A DNA stretch of 44,597 nucleotides from a virus (lineage: Duplodnaviria > Caudoviricetes), in the IMG/VR virus record IMGVR_UViG_3300010398_000015, positions 1-44,597 of that record. One strand, written 5' to 3'. Shown piece after piece: positions 26,101 to 35,929 of this stretch; positions within the stretch are counted from its first letter, which is position 1; each line of letters starts with the position of its first letter. The position numbers were made by a program, and so were the translations under genes. The notes below the pieces were generated by a model that was given only the letters and a program-made list of their open reading frames with translations, had not been told where the DNA came from and searched no databases.

Positions 26101-27340
26101 GTTTAATTAGTCTAGCCGTTGTTGTGTCCCCGGATGTTACGACCTCGAGATCTTGAGGTTTAACGTTCGGGGATTTTTTCATGAATCTCGCTTTGGCTAC
26201 AGCTTGATCGATTTGACTCTGAGTAGAAAGTTTTTCCTGACTAAGTTCTTTCCTTAGCCGCGCACGAGCCTGATAACTGTTCCCTTTAACAGCATCAAGG
26301 TCCACGTCCTTACTAATAAGAGCATTGGTAAGATCATCAACATGGGTGGCTGGCTTAGATATCGTTGGTTCAACAGGCTTAGCCTCCAGCTTGAACCCTG
26401 GGGGCCGCACAGGAGCGCCAATTCCTCGAGTAGTCACTGGAGGAGTTGGGCTTGTAGGTATCGGAGAGGTAGCTTGAGGATCAATGATAGGTTGTCCAGA
26501 TGCACTAGTTATAGGAGGGCGCAATGGCTGTTGTCCAGTTCTTGGAGCAACAGGAGGAACATTCGCTGGTGCCGTAGGAATCCTCTCCGATGGTAAAGCG
26601 AAATCAGGAGGTTGTACAGGCGGGCGTACTGGTCCAGCAAATTGTGTACGAGGCACAACCGGAGGAACACCCGCAGGATTAACCGGTATTTGACTAAATG
26701 CTTGTCCACCTCCAGGAGCCATAGGAGGTTGTATGGGTCCAGCTCCAAAATTACCGGGTCTAAAATTTGATCCAGGAGGAGACGGAGGTTGTCTCGGAGG
26801 TAATTGAAACCCTGGTGGCATTGGCTCTGGACCGTAAGGCTCCTGACCTAAATAACCGCCCGCACCTCTTGCAAATGGAAGAGCCCTAGGAGCTTGTCGT
26901 CCGACCTCCTCGCCAACTAAACCTCCAATAGGACCACCCATATGTTCACCTAATAATCCTCCTAAGACTCTAGGTATTGATCGTCTACCAAAATGGAGAA
27001 ATGGTTCGACGGGAGTCTGACGAGCTGTTCGAGCACCTTCTCTAAGAGCGGCCATCGCTTCTGGACCGACCTGCCTGAATCCACTTAGCCCTGGAACAAG
27101 AGAGAGTGCCGCACCAATCTCATCCAGTCCTTCTCCCTTCCCTTTCATGTATTGACGTATTTGATCCTGTTCTTCTGGAGTACGAGGCTCATTATGCGAC
27201 ATGAGATATTCCAAGTCGTGAACTTGTAGTCTCTCAGGTAACGGTGGAGTTACAGGACCGGGATGTTCAGGAACCATAGGGGCACTCTGCCATCCAGCTA
27301 CGGGAGCTTTTTGCCATTCGGGAGTTTGATCTTGAGGCAT
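26093..27340 (-). CDS. Pro-rich putative internal virion protein
   Basis: Last gene of the late arm; Gly-rich amphipathic segment and a Pro-rich linker. Confidence 0.6.
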   Translation of the reverse strand: MPQDQTPEWQKAPVAGWQSAPMVPEHPGPVTPPLPERLQVHDLEYLMSHNEPRTPEEQDQIRQYMKGKGEGLDEIGAALSLVPGLSGFRQVGPEAMAALREGARTARQTPVEPFLHFGRRSIPRVLGGLLGEHMGGPIGGLVGEEVGRQAPRALPFARGAGGYLGQEPYGPEPMPPGFQLPPRQPPSPPGSNFRPGNFGAGPIQPPMAPGGGQAFSQIPVNPAGVPPVVPRTQFAGPVRPPVQPPDFALPSERIPTAPANVPPVAPRTGQQPLRPPITSASGQPIIDPQATSPIPTSPTPPVTTRGIGAPVRPPGFKLEAKPVEPTISKPATHVDDLTNALISKDVDLDAVKGNSYQARARLRKELSQEKLSTQSQIDQAVAKARFMKKSPNVKPQDLEVVTSGDTTTARLIKPN

Positions 27341-29070
27341 TATGGTTTAATCCTTGGTACACCATCAGGACCAATAAAAGGGGTACCACTTTTTAACTTG
27401 TTGTAATCCTCATCTCCTTGAATCCTAACGGGACCCAAATTTATTTTAGGCTCGACGCCTTTAGGCGGAGCCACAGTAAATGGGGAGGATTTTTTCTCAG
27501 GAGCAGACCGTCCAGTCTCCATCTCTTGTAATTGTTTAGTCGTCCAGGCTTGGATTCTTTCGACCTCATTTGCATCACCAGCAAGAGAAACTGCATCTGA
27601 TCCGGCAGTCATTATCGACTGTTTCTTGAACTCTATGTTCCTTTGATCCTCGAGCAATCTTTTCAACTGCTCTCTTTGAGGCTCTGTTAATTTGCCACCA
27701 CCTCCAGCGACTTTTTGCATCAAGGCTACGAAATCTCCACTAACTGGTCGAGTTCCAATTAGGAATTCAATACCCTGTTGACTCATCCTTCTAGACATGG
27801 ACTTCAAAGCAAGCTCTACCGCCGCTGAGTCCGCCATAGGAGTGTTCTGGTCTAAAGCATGTAAAGTTTGGGTGGCATTTGTTATGTTGTCCTGAGACGC
27901 CTTAGTTGCTGTCTTCCAATAAGTATTGTACCTACTCACTGCCGTATTTGTTTGCGCGCTCATTTGTATAGCTTGGGTCTGTCTTCGGAGTTCTATTCCC
28001 TGTTCTGCAAGATCCCTTCTCAGAGCTTGACTTTGCTGGAATTCCATTTCTCTTTGTTTTAATTGGTCTCTTCTAAATTCCAAAGTTTCTCTGTCAAGTT
28101 CAAGCTTATCCCGCGCTCTCTGGTCAGCCTCTCTCGCCCTCTCGTCCCTATTCTGCTTATCTCTCGCATCGATCTCCCTTTGAACCTGTTCCAACCTTTT
28201 TTGCTCAGCCTCGAGACGAACATTCTCCTTAGCCATATCCTGATTGAATTTCTCAGGAGAAATCTCATACAGAGCTTTCTTACCCTCCGCGATATCTTTA
28301 AAAGTCTCAGCTCCCGTCTTCTGAAAATCTAATCCCGTCTTAGCTACAGAGGCTGCTGCATCCATCACTTTCTGTGCAGTCGCGACCTTCCTTTGTGAAG
28401 CCTCCTCAGCCGCTCGTTCTGGAGTACCAACCGTGGTGATTTCTCGTTGTATCCACTTTCCCAACGCGGGATTTGCAGTTACAATTCCCGCACCGATTCC
28501 AAGAGTATCACCTATGATTCTTCTGAATAATGAAGGATGACGGTTTGCCAATTCTTGATTTGTTTTAGCCTCAGCTTTTATTGCCTCAATGTAATTATCT
28601 GTTGCGTCTTGATACTCCTGTAATGTTTTGTAATTCTGAGGTTGAGGCGCTTGGGTTTGAGACGGCTTCATCTCCTCAGGAACAGGAGTATAATTTAGAC
28701 CAGCAGTCTGGGGAATATTAAGAACTCCGGTTTGTGAACCTTGTCCCTCAGCTGGTATTGGGGAAGGAGTAGGAGGAGGTTGTACAAGAGGTGAAGGTAT
28801 TTGAATAGCCGGAATAGCCGGAGGCTGAACAGGAGGATTAGCGGTAGCATTAACTATTTGTTGAGCGGTGCGGGTTCCCTGATCGGGAAGAGCAATGGGT
28901 GCTCCACTAGCCATCTGGAATCCACCACCTCCAATATCTCCGGGATTGAAAGACACAGGAGGTTGATCCGCAGTCTGAGGTTTAGCTTGTTGCTCTTGAC
29001 GCATCAATAGAGGAAGATATTTCCTCAATAGGGAATCGTCTTGAGAAAGTAAAGGGTTATAATCTGGCAT
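27340..29070 (-). CDS. Putative internal virion/ejection protein (coiled coil)
   Basis: Q/E/R-rich helical sequence; position typical of podovirus ejection genes. Confidence 0.65.
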   Translation of the reverse strand: MPDYNPLLSQDDSLLRKYLPLLMRQEQQAKPQTADQPPVSFNPGDIGGGGFQMASGAPIALPDQGTRTAQQIVNATANPPVQPPAIPAIQIPSPLVQPPPTPSPIPAEGQGSQTGVLNIPQTAGLNYTPVPEEMKPSQTQAPQPQNYKTLQEYQDATDNYIEAIKAEAKTNQELANRHPSLFRRIIGDTLGIGAGIVTANPALGKWIQREITTVGTPERAAEEASQRKVATAQKVMDAAASVAKTGLDFQKTGAETFKDIAEGKKALYEISPEKFNQDMAKENVRLEAEQKRLEQVQREIDARDKQNRDERAREADQRARDKLELDRETLEFRRDQLKQREMEFQQSQALRRDLAEQGIELRRQTQAIQMSAQTNTAVSRYNTYWKTATKASQDNITNATQTLHALDQNTPMADSAAVELALKSMSRRMSQQGIEFLIGTRPVSGDFVALMQKVAGGGGKLTEPQREQLKRLLEDQRNIEFKKQSIMTAGSDAVSLAGDANEVERIQAWTTKQLQEMETGRSAPEKKSSPFTVAPPKGVEPKINLGPVRIQGDEDYNKLKSGTPFIGPDGVPRIKP

Positions 29071-30179
29071 TATGGTACACCTAGAGCTTTAAGCCCTACA
29101 CCTCCACCTGCCGCACCTATCAGAGATGTAATATCTCCGAATATAGTTTGGAACAATCCAGGATTCTTGGACAACGCTTGTAGGATCTCAGCACCTTGAG
29201 CTTCCGTACCAAATTGTAGACCAAGACCCTGCAATACTTGACGGCCCAACTCTGAAACTTGGCCGGTCTGCGTATTAAACAAACCCGCGAGTCCTACGTT
29301 AGCAGCCTGGACTCCACTGGCAACTCCGGATTCAAGACCAGACTGGAGACCTCCAAAGGCTCGTTGTCCAGTAGCAACATTAGCTTCCGTCGAACCAGCC
29401 TGACCGAGGATATCGCGCGCTCCGGCAGAAACTCCAGATTCCAGACTGGCTCGTTGACCAGTAATTCCTTGTCTAGCCGCGGCAAGTTGGGCTTCCGTCG
29501 TATCGAGACCCTGTAGACCAGATAGCTTTCCTTGGTTAATCGCTTCCCCAAGACCCAACATGGCATTCGTCGTGGTAGTAGCTTCAGTTTGCCCACCTTG
29601 TCGAGCGATATCAGCAATGGCAGCCTGAGCGTTTCCACCAGACGCCGCCGCCGATCTCTTAGCTGCAGAGGCCAATGCGTCAGTGAGATTTCTATTTCCA
29701 GTTGTGGCACGTTGGAGGAACTCTGATTGCATCGCCGGAGTATAACCTCCGGTATTAGCGAAATCAGTATATCCCGAGGTAGTTCTAGCTAATGCGGCTG
29801 GGTCCATTCCCCCCGTTTCCTGCATCGATGCGAGAGAGGTCCTAAGATTCGACAACTGGGTAGGGTCATACCCACCAGTAGGCAATAGGGAGGAATATTG
29901 GCCGCGCAAACTAGCAAGTTGTGTAGGATCGTAACCACCTGATGAAAAAGCATCTGCAAATTCAGTACGAAGATTAGCAAGTTGTGTAGGATCGTAACCT
30001 CCAGAGCGCTGCTGCTCGTCAAAGCCGGTAGTAGCCTGACCCAATAATAACGCCTGATTCGCCTGAGCTTGAGAACTTTGACCTTGAAGTCCCTGGATTA
30101 CAGGAGGCATCAAGGTGTTGGCTTGATTTATAAGATTATTAGACGCAGTTGTAGATTGGTTAGTCTGGGATTTAGCCAT
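29070..30179 (-). CDS. Putative ejection/pilot protein with internal repeats
   Basis: A/G/Q/S-rich, GGYDPTQL repeats, hydrophobic Gly-rich C-terminus. Confidence 0.7.
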   Translation of the reverse strand: MAKSQTNQSTTASNNLINQANTLMPPVIQGLQGQSSQAQANQALLLGQATTGFDEQQRSGGYDPTQLANLRTEFADAFSSGGYDPTQLASLRGQYSSLLPTGGYDPTQLSNLRTSLASMQETGGMDPAALARTTSGYTDFANTGGYTPAMQSEFLQRATTGNRNLTDALASAAKRSAAASGGNAQAAIADIARQGGQTEATTTTNAMLGLGEAINQGKLSGLQGLDTTEAQLAAARQGITGQRASLESGVSAGARDILGQAGSTEANVATGQRAFGGLQSGLESGVASGVQAANVGLAGLFNTQTGQVSELGRQVLQGLGLQFGTEAQGAEILQALSKNPGLFQTIFGDITSLIGAAGGGVGLKALGVP

Positions 30180-30541
30180 TAAGCCCTCCTAACGAGTGCC
30201 TGTCCGACACAGTACTCGAATCCGAAGTGATCAACCAGAATCTGGGCATACTTCGGATTGTCAGGTATGAAGGTATGGATATCCCGGTATCCTTTACTTA
30301 TTAGTTCTCGATATGTCAACTTTTCTATATCCCTCAAAGCCTTAATTTTATCTCTAAGGGATCTATTCGCGAGAATTATTGAAATTTCCGCGGTATTAGT
30401 GACGATCACAGAACCCAATAAGCCCTTGTCATCTAAGATGCTCTTCTCGAGAATTCGCGGTTGGGTACGCAAATTACTCAACGGGAACTGAGCACACTCC
30501 TCCAGTTCAACGAGATCTCGAATTTGCATGTCACGTATCAT
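30179..30541 (-). CDS. GNAT-fold-like virion assembly protein (syntenic with P22 gp14 / T7 gp13)
   Basis: Start at the ATGA overlap 30541; MIRDMQIRDL...ILVDHFGF pattern; directly before the ejection genes. Confidence 0.5.
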   Translation of the reverse strand: MIRDMQIRDLVELEECAQFPLSNLRTQPRILEKSILDDKGLLGSVIVTNTAEISIILANRSLRDKIKALRDIEKLTYRELISKGYRDIHTFIPDNPKYAQILVDHFGFEYCVGQALVRRA

Positions 30542-31134
30542 GCAATTCTGTATGCACCACCAATCCAATGAGTTATCTGACCATCTACGTCGATGTATCG
30601 GTCCGCAATCATATACCCACCTAGGGATTGCTTCATTTTCCCGAAAGACGGGAATGGTAAAGTCAACCTAACAGAAGGGACCTTACTAGATGAGACATGA
30701 ATCTGTATGAAACAGATAGGACCATACACGATGTACTGACCTTGCGCTGAGGCAGCCGGAGCAAACTCCACCCAATCTCCAGGATCGGAATGAATCTTCA
30801 CTCCATCCGGAGTTCTTTCAAGGAGAACATTGTCTCCCTCTTCAAGAGTAACATCGACGGCCCTCTCTATAATCTTCTCCGTAATCAGTGGAGCCACAGT
30901 TCGCTCGATGACTTTTTCGGGAACAGGTCGGAACGCCATAATTGGCGTACCATTTATCAGGAATGTGCCACGAACGTTGATATTCCCTAGGCATTCAATC
31001 CCCCCAACATTTAGGAGATAGTTTTTCTGAGCATCGACGTTGGCGTGCCAATGGGTAGTACTGTATATGAGGTCATTCATATCCCTAGCATAGATAGGCT
31101 CGCCGGGATGAAATTCTCGTTCTCTTTTTCCCAT
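30538..31134 (-). CDS. Short fibre-like structural protein
   Basis: Shares WxxNVDA..N.L.NVGGI and GNINV.GTF.INGTP modules with the two fibre proteins. Confidence 0.55.
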   Translation of the reverse strand: MGKREREFHPGEPIYARDMNDLIYSTTHWHANVDAQKNYLLNVGGIECLGNINVRGTFLINGTPIMAFRPVPEKVIERTVAPLITEKIIERAVDVTLEEGDNVLLERTPDGVKIHSDPGDWVEFAPAASAQGQYIVYGPICFIQIHVSSSKVPSVRLTLPFPSFGKMKQSLGGYMIADRYIDVDGQITHWIGGAYRIA

Positions 31135-31136
31135 GT

Positions 31137-31484
31137 TTACCTCCTTTTCACAGGTGGTGGTATAGGCGCGGTGTTTTCGCCGCTTCCTCCACTATCAGCA
31201 GGCTGACCCCGTAAGCCCCCACTTCCAGGTAAGGCTGGATGATGAACTCTTATTGTCGTTTTCTTAGTTATCGCAAAGATGGCGTTGTTGATAGAATCAG
31301 CGAGGTTATTTATTGCAGCAGCCAGGTCCTCAATGTTTTGCACCAGTTGATTAGACTGCTTCTGCATGGAAGTTAGTGCCTGATACAGATGAGGATCTTG
31401 CTTACCGATATGCGTTATTAGATCTCCCGTTTGTTGCTGTCTCGTGAGATCGCTAACTGTCGTTGGTGGCTTTCTTGGTGTCAT
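31137..31484 (-). CDS. Hypothetical structural protein (coiled coil)
   Basis: ATGA overlap with the upstream gene. Confidence 0.65.
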   Translation of the reverse strand: MTPRKPPTTVSDLTRQQQTGDLITHIGKQDPHLYQALTSMQKQSNQLVQNIEDLAAAINNLADSINNAIFAITKKTTIRVHHPALPGSGGLRGQPADSGGSGENTAPIPPPVKRR

Positions 31485-33559
31485 CCGTTAGGTCTCTTGG
31501 GCCATTTTACTTTACCAAAGACGTCTACCCTTGCCATCCTGAAAGAGTCCGAAGCGGCGTTCATTCCGAAACGGATAATTGCTTTCTCATTTAAAAAATT
31601 GAGCTGAAAACCCTGGTCCTTATAGTTACCAGGAAAAGGAAGAGGTTGAACATTAGTTTCACTAACAGTCGCTACATCTCCTTGATCTGTAACCGACGTG
31701 AACAACGTGCCATAACCAGAACAACGATAACGAATGTATCGACAAATGTTAATCGCACCGGGATCGCCCAGAATTAGAGGAGCGAGTGTATAATAATTAT
31801 TGATGGTCGAACCGACGTCTGTATTAGTCCTCCCATCGAGTTTATAAATCGCTCCATTACTTCCCATACGCAGGAAATAGTCGAGGACTCCATCGTTGTC
31901 CCCACTATAATAACCCATCATGATGTCTCTCACCGAAAACGGGAAGTTATACGTAGCCCAACGAATGTTCTGGGCATCCAGACCCAGACTATAATCACCA
32001 ACAAGGAAAAGACTTGGAAATGTCTGACCGTCAGCAGGTATAAGGACGTAAAAAAGATCATTGTAAATATCAACCGCTACACGTATATTGTACTCAGCAC
32101 CATGAGTCATCCGACCCCAGATTTGACGGATCTTCCACGTCAGTTCAGGCCGCAATACGTTTCCATTGAACAGAAATAACCCGTTTCGATTTGCAAGAAA
32201 ACCAGTTGAATTAAAAGATAAGGATGGCTGTGAACCCGAGATAGTTCCCACCGCATGATGGTACGCACCTATACCTCCATCGATTAGATTCACTTTCCAA
32301 GGATTGGTGGGATCATTTGGCTCACTCCCGGTATCCTGAGTTGCAAAAGTTCCAACAGCTTTACAGATGTAAAAGACACCAAACAATTCGAATCCTGTTC
32401 GAGGAATATTTCCATCAAATTCCGACTGTACATCGACGTACCCAGTGAGTCTATCGAAGGTTTCTGGCTGTCCAGCATTAGAGATCCAAACTCTATCGTC
32501 CGGATATTCGTCGAAGCCAGGGGTGGCCACGATGTTATTTGGGTCAACATTTTGCGTGTATTGAGTCCCAATAATTATCATTCTCCCATGATACTTCGCC
32601 AAAGATGCAGATCCAAAGCCAATACCAATTGGCAATGTGGGCAAAGAATTTAGGATGTTTCCATTTCCGGGCAGATTATCAGCGGAAACAGTTAAATCCG
32701 TATCGTAAAAATTTAAGAAAATCGGACTTGGTGTAGTTAATGGGATCTCCTCATATTGGAAAAGCTGCGCATTTCGAGCAAGCGGCTGTCCTGTTCCCGT
32801 GATAGTTTGAGTAGATCCATCTGTCAAAGTTATGACGTCATCCTGCTGACCTTGGGTGACCCAAATTATCATGGAAACAGCTCCAGGAGGCTTACCAGCT
32901 TCTAGGCCACTAATGTTCATCATAATCTGGTCTACCCCTGGTGGAGGAGGATTCGCTGATGGCGGCAAGTACACAGTTTGCCATCCCCCACCAGGGATCT
33001 GTGCGGGCGCGGTGACGAATCCTGTACTAGTCACGTAGCTAACAGAAACTCCATACCACCCAGGACCCGTATGCCCTGTTCCGATGCTTGCAGAGATACT
33101 GAAATTACCATTATCAGGAGCTATACCAGCTGCCTGTCTTACTTGGGAAGTAGAATCTTCCCAGACATAAATAGTGTAGGCTCCTCCCGTAACAAAATGG
33201 TCGAACATTGGCGCGATGTAAACCGCACCATTCATGTTCAAGAAGTCTACATCAATCATGCCGCTAATGGTTAAGATTGGTTGATTAGTGTCGTCTCTCC
33301 AAATAGTTCCCTGCCCGTCGAAATGTAGTGGAATTAATCCTGTACCATGACTGAAAGCCGCAATGAATTGTCGAACAGCAGTACCTTGAATATTGCGACC
33401 AAGGGAGGAACCCGGACGAGTCAACACCTCACGCTTCCTGGAGAAAGCCATATTGTGGCAGTCGGTAGCATGATCGGGAGGAATATCGTCAAATGAGCCT
33501 CTATTCCAGAGACCCATGAAATTCTCTACCGTCGTTCTTTTGTACTCATCAAGCCACAT
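31481..33559 (-). CDS. Putative tail nozzle / DNA stabilisation protein (P22 gp10 / T7 gp12-like)
   Basis: 692 aa, beta-rich; NFMGLWN..DIPPD..CHNM..RPGS start and RVWISNAGQPETF motif; follows the adaptor genes. Confidence 0.65.
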   Translation of the reverse strand: MWLDEYKRTTVENFMGLWNRGSFDDIPPDHATDCHNMAFSRKREVLTRPGSSLGRNIQGTAVRQFIAAFSHGTGLIPLHFDGQGTIWRDDTNQPILTISGMIDVDFLNMNGAVYIAPMFDHFVTGGAYTIYVWEDSTSQVRQAAGIAPDNGNFSISASIGTGHTGPGWYGVSVSYVTSTGFVTAPAQIPGGGWQTVYLPPSANPPPPGVDQIMMNISGLEAGKPPGAVSMIIWVTQGQQDDVITLTDGSTQTITGTGQPLARNAQLFQYEEIPLTTPSPIFLNFYDTDLTVSADNLPGNGNILNSLPTLPIGIGFGSASLAKYHGRMIIIGTQYTQNVDPNNIVATPGFDEYPDDRVWISNAGQPETFDRLTGYVDVQSEFDGNIPRTGFELFGVFYICKAVGTFATQDTGSEPNDPTNPWKVNLIDGGIGAYHHAVGTISGSQPSLSFNSTGFLANRNGLFLFNGNVLRPELTWKIRQIWGRMTHGAEYNIRVAVDIYNDLFYVLIPADGQTFPSLFLVGDYSLGLDAQNIRWATYNFPFSVRDIMMGYYSGDNDGVLDYFLRMGSNGAIYKLDGRTNTDVGSTINNYYTLAPLILGDPGAINICRYIRYRCSGYGTLFTSVTDQGDVATVSETNVQPLPFPGNYKDQGFQLNFLNEKAIIRFGMNAASDSFRMARVDVFGKVKWPKRPNG

Positions 33560-33688
33560 TTTTCGATCTCTTGAGCCAACCTACGAAGTGCTGTAGGAAT
33601 GTCGAACGCGAATGCTTTAATCCAACCATATTCCGCAACATATCCATTGCCAGAAGTATGGACTAAACTTACCAGAGTCGTTCTATTG

Positions 33689-34414
33689 CTAGAAGTCGCG
33701 TAAGACTCTGTTTCTACCGTATCCACGATGATAAGGCCTCCGCTTAGTCGGCAGGTTCTGCTGTTGTTTGATGTTCATACGGACAATCTTGTCGAGATTT
33801 TTTGATGCTCGATCGTCCAGATCTTGAGCTAGTTGACGCATCGCGGGCTGACTTGCGGCTGCGATCGCTGCTACCCGGTAGGATAGGTAAAGTTGACCTA
33901 GGGGCACAATGATCGAGTCTGTATTCATCCCAGGAACTGGAAGCAATCTCTGATACCTCAGGAGGACTTGTCGATCCTGAAGACATCCCATGACCGTGAT
34001 TGTCCCTTTGTACCATGTCCAATACCTCAAATAATTGTCTACGGAAGTTATAGGCGCAAAATCGGTTTCAGTCATATCAACGAAATCACGCCATTGTTCT
34101 CCCACACCACGTTCCTTCATCCAGATAGGTAAAATCATGTCTGTAGGATAACCCGGGATGGTAGATAAATCAAGGGCTTCACCAGTAGGATTCTGATTGA
34201 TGTCGTAAGCTGGAACGGTGAAGATTATATTTTGCGAATTGATGATGGGAATTCCAGCTAATATGAGATCAGCCTCGAGTTCCTCAAACGCCTGTGCGGC
34301 TTTTGGGATGAGCTTCGGATCTGGCCAATTCTGACCATCATCGTCGTTCAGGTGAGTTCTTGCACGATAGAGAACGTCGCCCAGTAAATTGGTTCCGACA
34401 AGTGTTGGAGTCAT
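33689..34414 (-). CDS. Putative head-tail adaptor / tail ring protein (paralogue 2)
   Basis: DVLYRARTHLNDD...WPD..L N-terminus; full-length similarity to the upstream gene. Confidence 0.65.
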   Translation of the reverse strand: MTPTLVGTNLLGDVLYRARTHLNDDDGQNWPDPKLIPKAAQAFEELEADLILAGIPIINSQNIIFTVPAYDINQNPTGEALDLSTIPGYPTDMILPIWMKERGVGEQWRDFVDMTETDFAPITSVDNYLRYWTWYKGTITVMGCLQDRQVLLRYQRLLPVPGMNTDSIIVPLGQLYLSYRVAAIAAASQPAMRQLAQDLDDRASKNLDKIVRMNIKQQQNLPTKRRPYHRGYGRNRVLRDF

Positions 34415-35031
34415 GGCCTAACTGATACTCCAGGCATCTGAACTGCTCTGCCTCTGTTAGCGAGAACAACCTTCTCGATCGTTTCTGTCGCCTCATCTCC
34501 GGCAATTTTAGCAGTGTCCATTTGTCCTACAGAAGCAGCCGCAATAGCTGCCGTCCTTGGAGCTAACCACATCTCACCATCGATAATCCCGATAGGAGAA
34601 TTTGGAGCAGTTGGGATGAGTAAAGATCTCCAATAAAAAACTTGGATTTCTCTATACACATTTGCGCCAATAAAGTTTATATCAATCCCATCCCATTGCC
34701 ACCAGTTTAAAGTTGGCCCCTGAGGAACCTGCGGAAGGGGGTCCGCTTCGGTCATTAAGGTAAAAGTATTAACTCCCAAAGGGGCCTCCCATAATTGTAT
34801 GGGAGAAACCAAATTTGGTTGAAGAGGCAGTAAAGTAACGTTCGGATTTAAGGTAACGGCCGCGCTAGTCTTCATCAGCGGCGCGGCCCTCTGTCTCAAT
34901 AGGACTTGTAATTCCTGATGAGCGCGAGTAAACATAGGAGTGAGTATAGCATCAGTCCATAGTTGGACATTCTGGTCGTCTAAAAAGACGCGCGCCGTAT
35001 TCAGAACATCCTCTACTAAAGCAATGCTCAT
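34411..35031 (-). CDS. Putative head-tail adaptor / tail ring protein (paralogue 1)
   Basis: Start at 35031 (GGAGG RBS); DVLNTARVFLDD...WTD..L. Confidence 0.65.
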   Translation of the reverse strand: MSIALVEDVLNTARVFLDDQNVQLWTDAILTPMFTRAHQELQVLLRQRAAPLMKTSAAVTLNPNVTLLPLQPNLVSPIQLWEAPLGVNTFTLMTEADPLPQVPQGPTLNWWQWDGIDINFIGANVYREIQVFYWRSLLIPTAPNSPIGIIDGEMWLAPRTAAIAAASVGQMDTAKIAGDEATETIEKVVLANRGRAVQMPGVSVRP

Positions 35032-35177
35032 TGGACCCTCCTCCAATTTAGACGTGCAGGTTTTTTGACTGGTATCCCACTTAGCAGTGATCGATAAGTG
35101 GATTTCTGCGCCTGCTCGCGCGCGGCCCCGGCTTTAGGATCTCTCTCGTCCTGTTTTTGCCACTTATATAGCTTCAT
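35028..35177 (-). CDS. Small basic protein (49 aa)
   Basis: Not in the ORF track; fills the intergenic gap and ends in an ATGA overlap. Confidence 0.5.
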   Translation of the reverse strand: MKLYKWQKQDERDPKAGAAREQAQKSTYRSLLSGIPVKKPARLNWRRVQ

Positions 35178-35186
35178 GGAGAACCA

Positions 35187-35504
35187 TCAACCAACCTCGA
35201 AAAATATCGATACAGTTCCCGAATTGGTTCCGAGAATGTAGTCATTGGCATTGATCGAATTCTTAGAGGAGTGAACAAAAAAGGTTGATCCAGCATTCAT
35301 CGTATACACCGGATTGTTCAAGTCGAACGGTGCATACATATTAACACCAGATTGCGTATCGAATATCTTGAGATCATATCCCAGGTTGGGAACTAAAACA
35401 GCGTTGGGATATTGGAGTCTCAAGATACCGAACGCAGATACCCTCTGAGCCACACCTCCAAGACTGACACCGGCCCAATTGCTGAATTGTGCTACGTACA
35501 GCAT
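35187..35504 (-). CDS. Hypothetical virion protein
   Basis: TAATG overlap with the upstream gene. Confidence 0.7.
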   Translation of the reverse strand: MLYVAQFSNWAGVSLGGVAQRVSAFGILRLQYPNAVLVPNLGYDLKIFDTQSGVNMYAPFDLNNPVYTMNAGSTFFVHSSKNSINANDYILGTNSGTVSIFFEVG

Positions 35505-35929
35505 TACTCCATCCCCTGAAAGATGAATAGACCAGTCGTCGCCGCCCCACTTGGTAGGGCACCGGTGATCTCCGTCCCGGCCGCGTTCCGTATGACCAAT
35601 TTTCCATCGTTGATATCCGTCACCGGCTGCCCCATAGGTCTACCGGCAGTTCCCACGGTATTCGGGGGATCTATACCGAGAATCTCCGACGGAGTTAGGT
35701 AGTTATACTGATTCCCCGCCGCATCGGGCGTAATGTCAGCGAAGAAAGGCGCGCGACTCGCCTTAATCAACGAGGCACCTACGGGAATGGGATTTCTCGT
35801 GTCTTTGAAAGACAGAGGAATCCCACCGGCAACGTAGTTACCGGTCATTCGAATAGTGCCGATAACGAAATACTTGTTACCGGCGATGAATTGCCACCTG
35901 TCGTCATTTATCGTTACGAATGCTGGCAT
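35504..35929 (-). CDS. Putative virion (decoration-like) protein
   Basis: Start moved to 35929 (AAGGAG RBS); beta-rich, NYVAGGIPL motif. Confidence 0.65.
   Translation of the reverse strand: MPAFVTINDDRWQFIAGNKYFVIGTIRMTGNYVAGGIPLSFKDTRNPIPVGASLIKASRAPFFADITPDAAGNQYNYLTPSEILGIDPPNTVGTAGRPMGQPVTDINDGKLVIRNAAGTEITGALPSGAATTGLFIFQGME

Noticed and set aside
33526-33726. 66 aa ORF between adaptor and nozzle genes
   Set aside because: It overlaps both neighbours by more than 30 nt and has no clear RBS; possible but unsupported.
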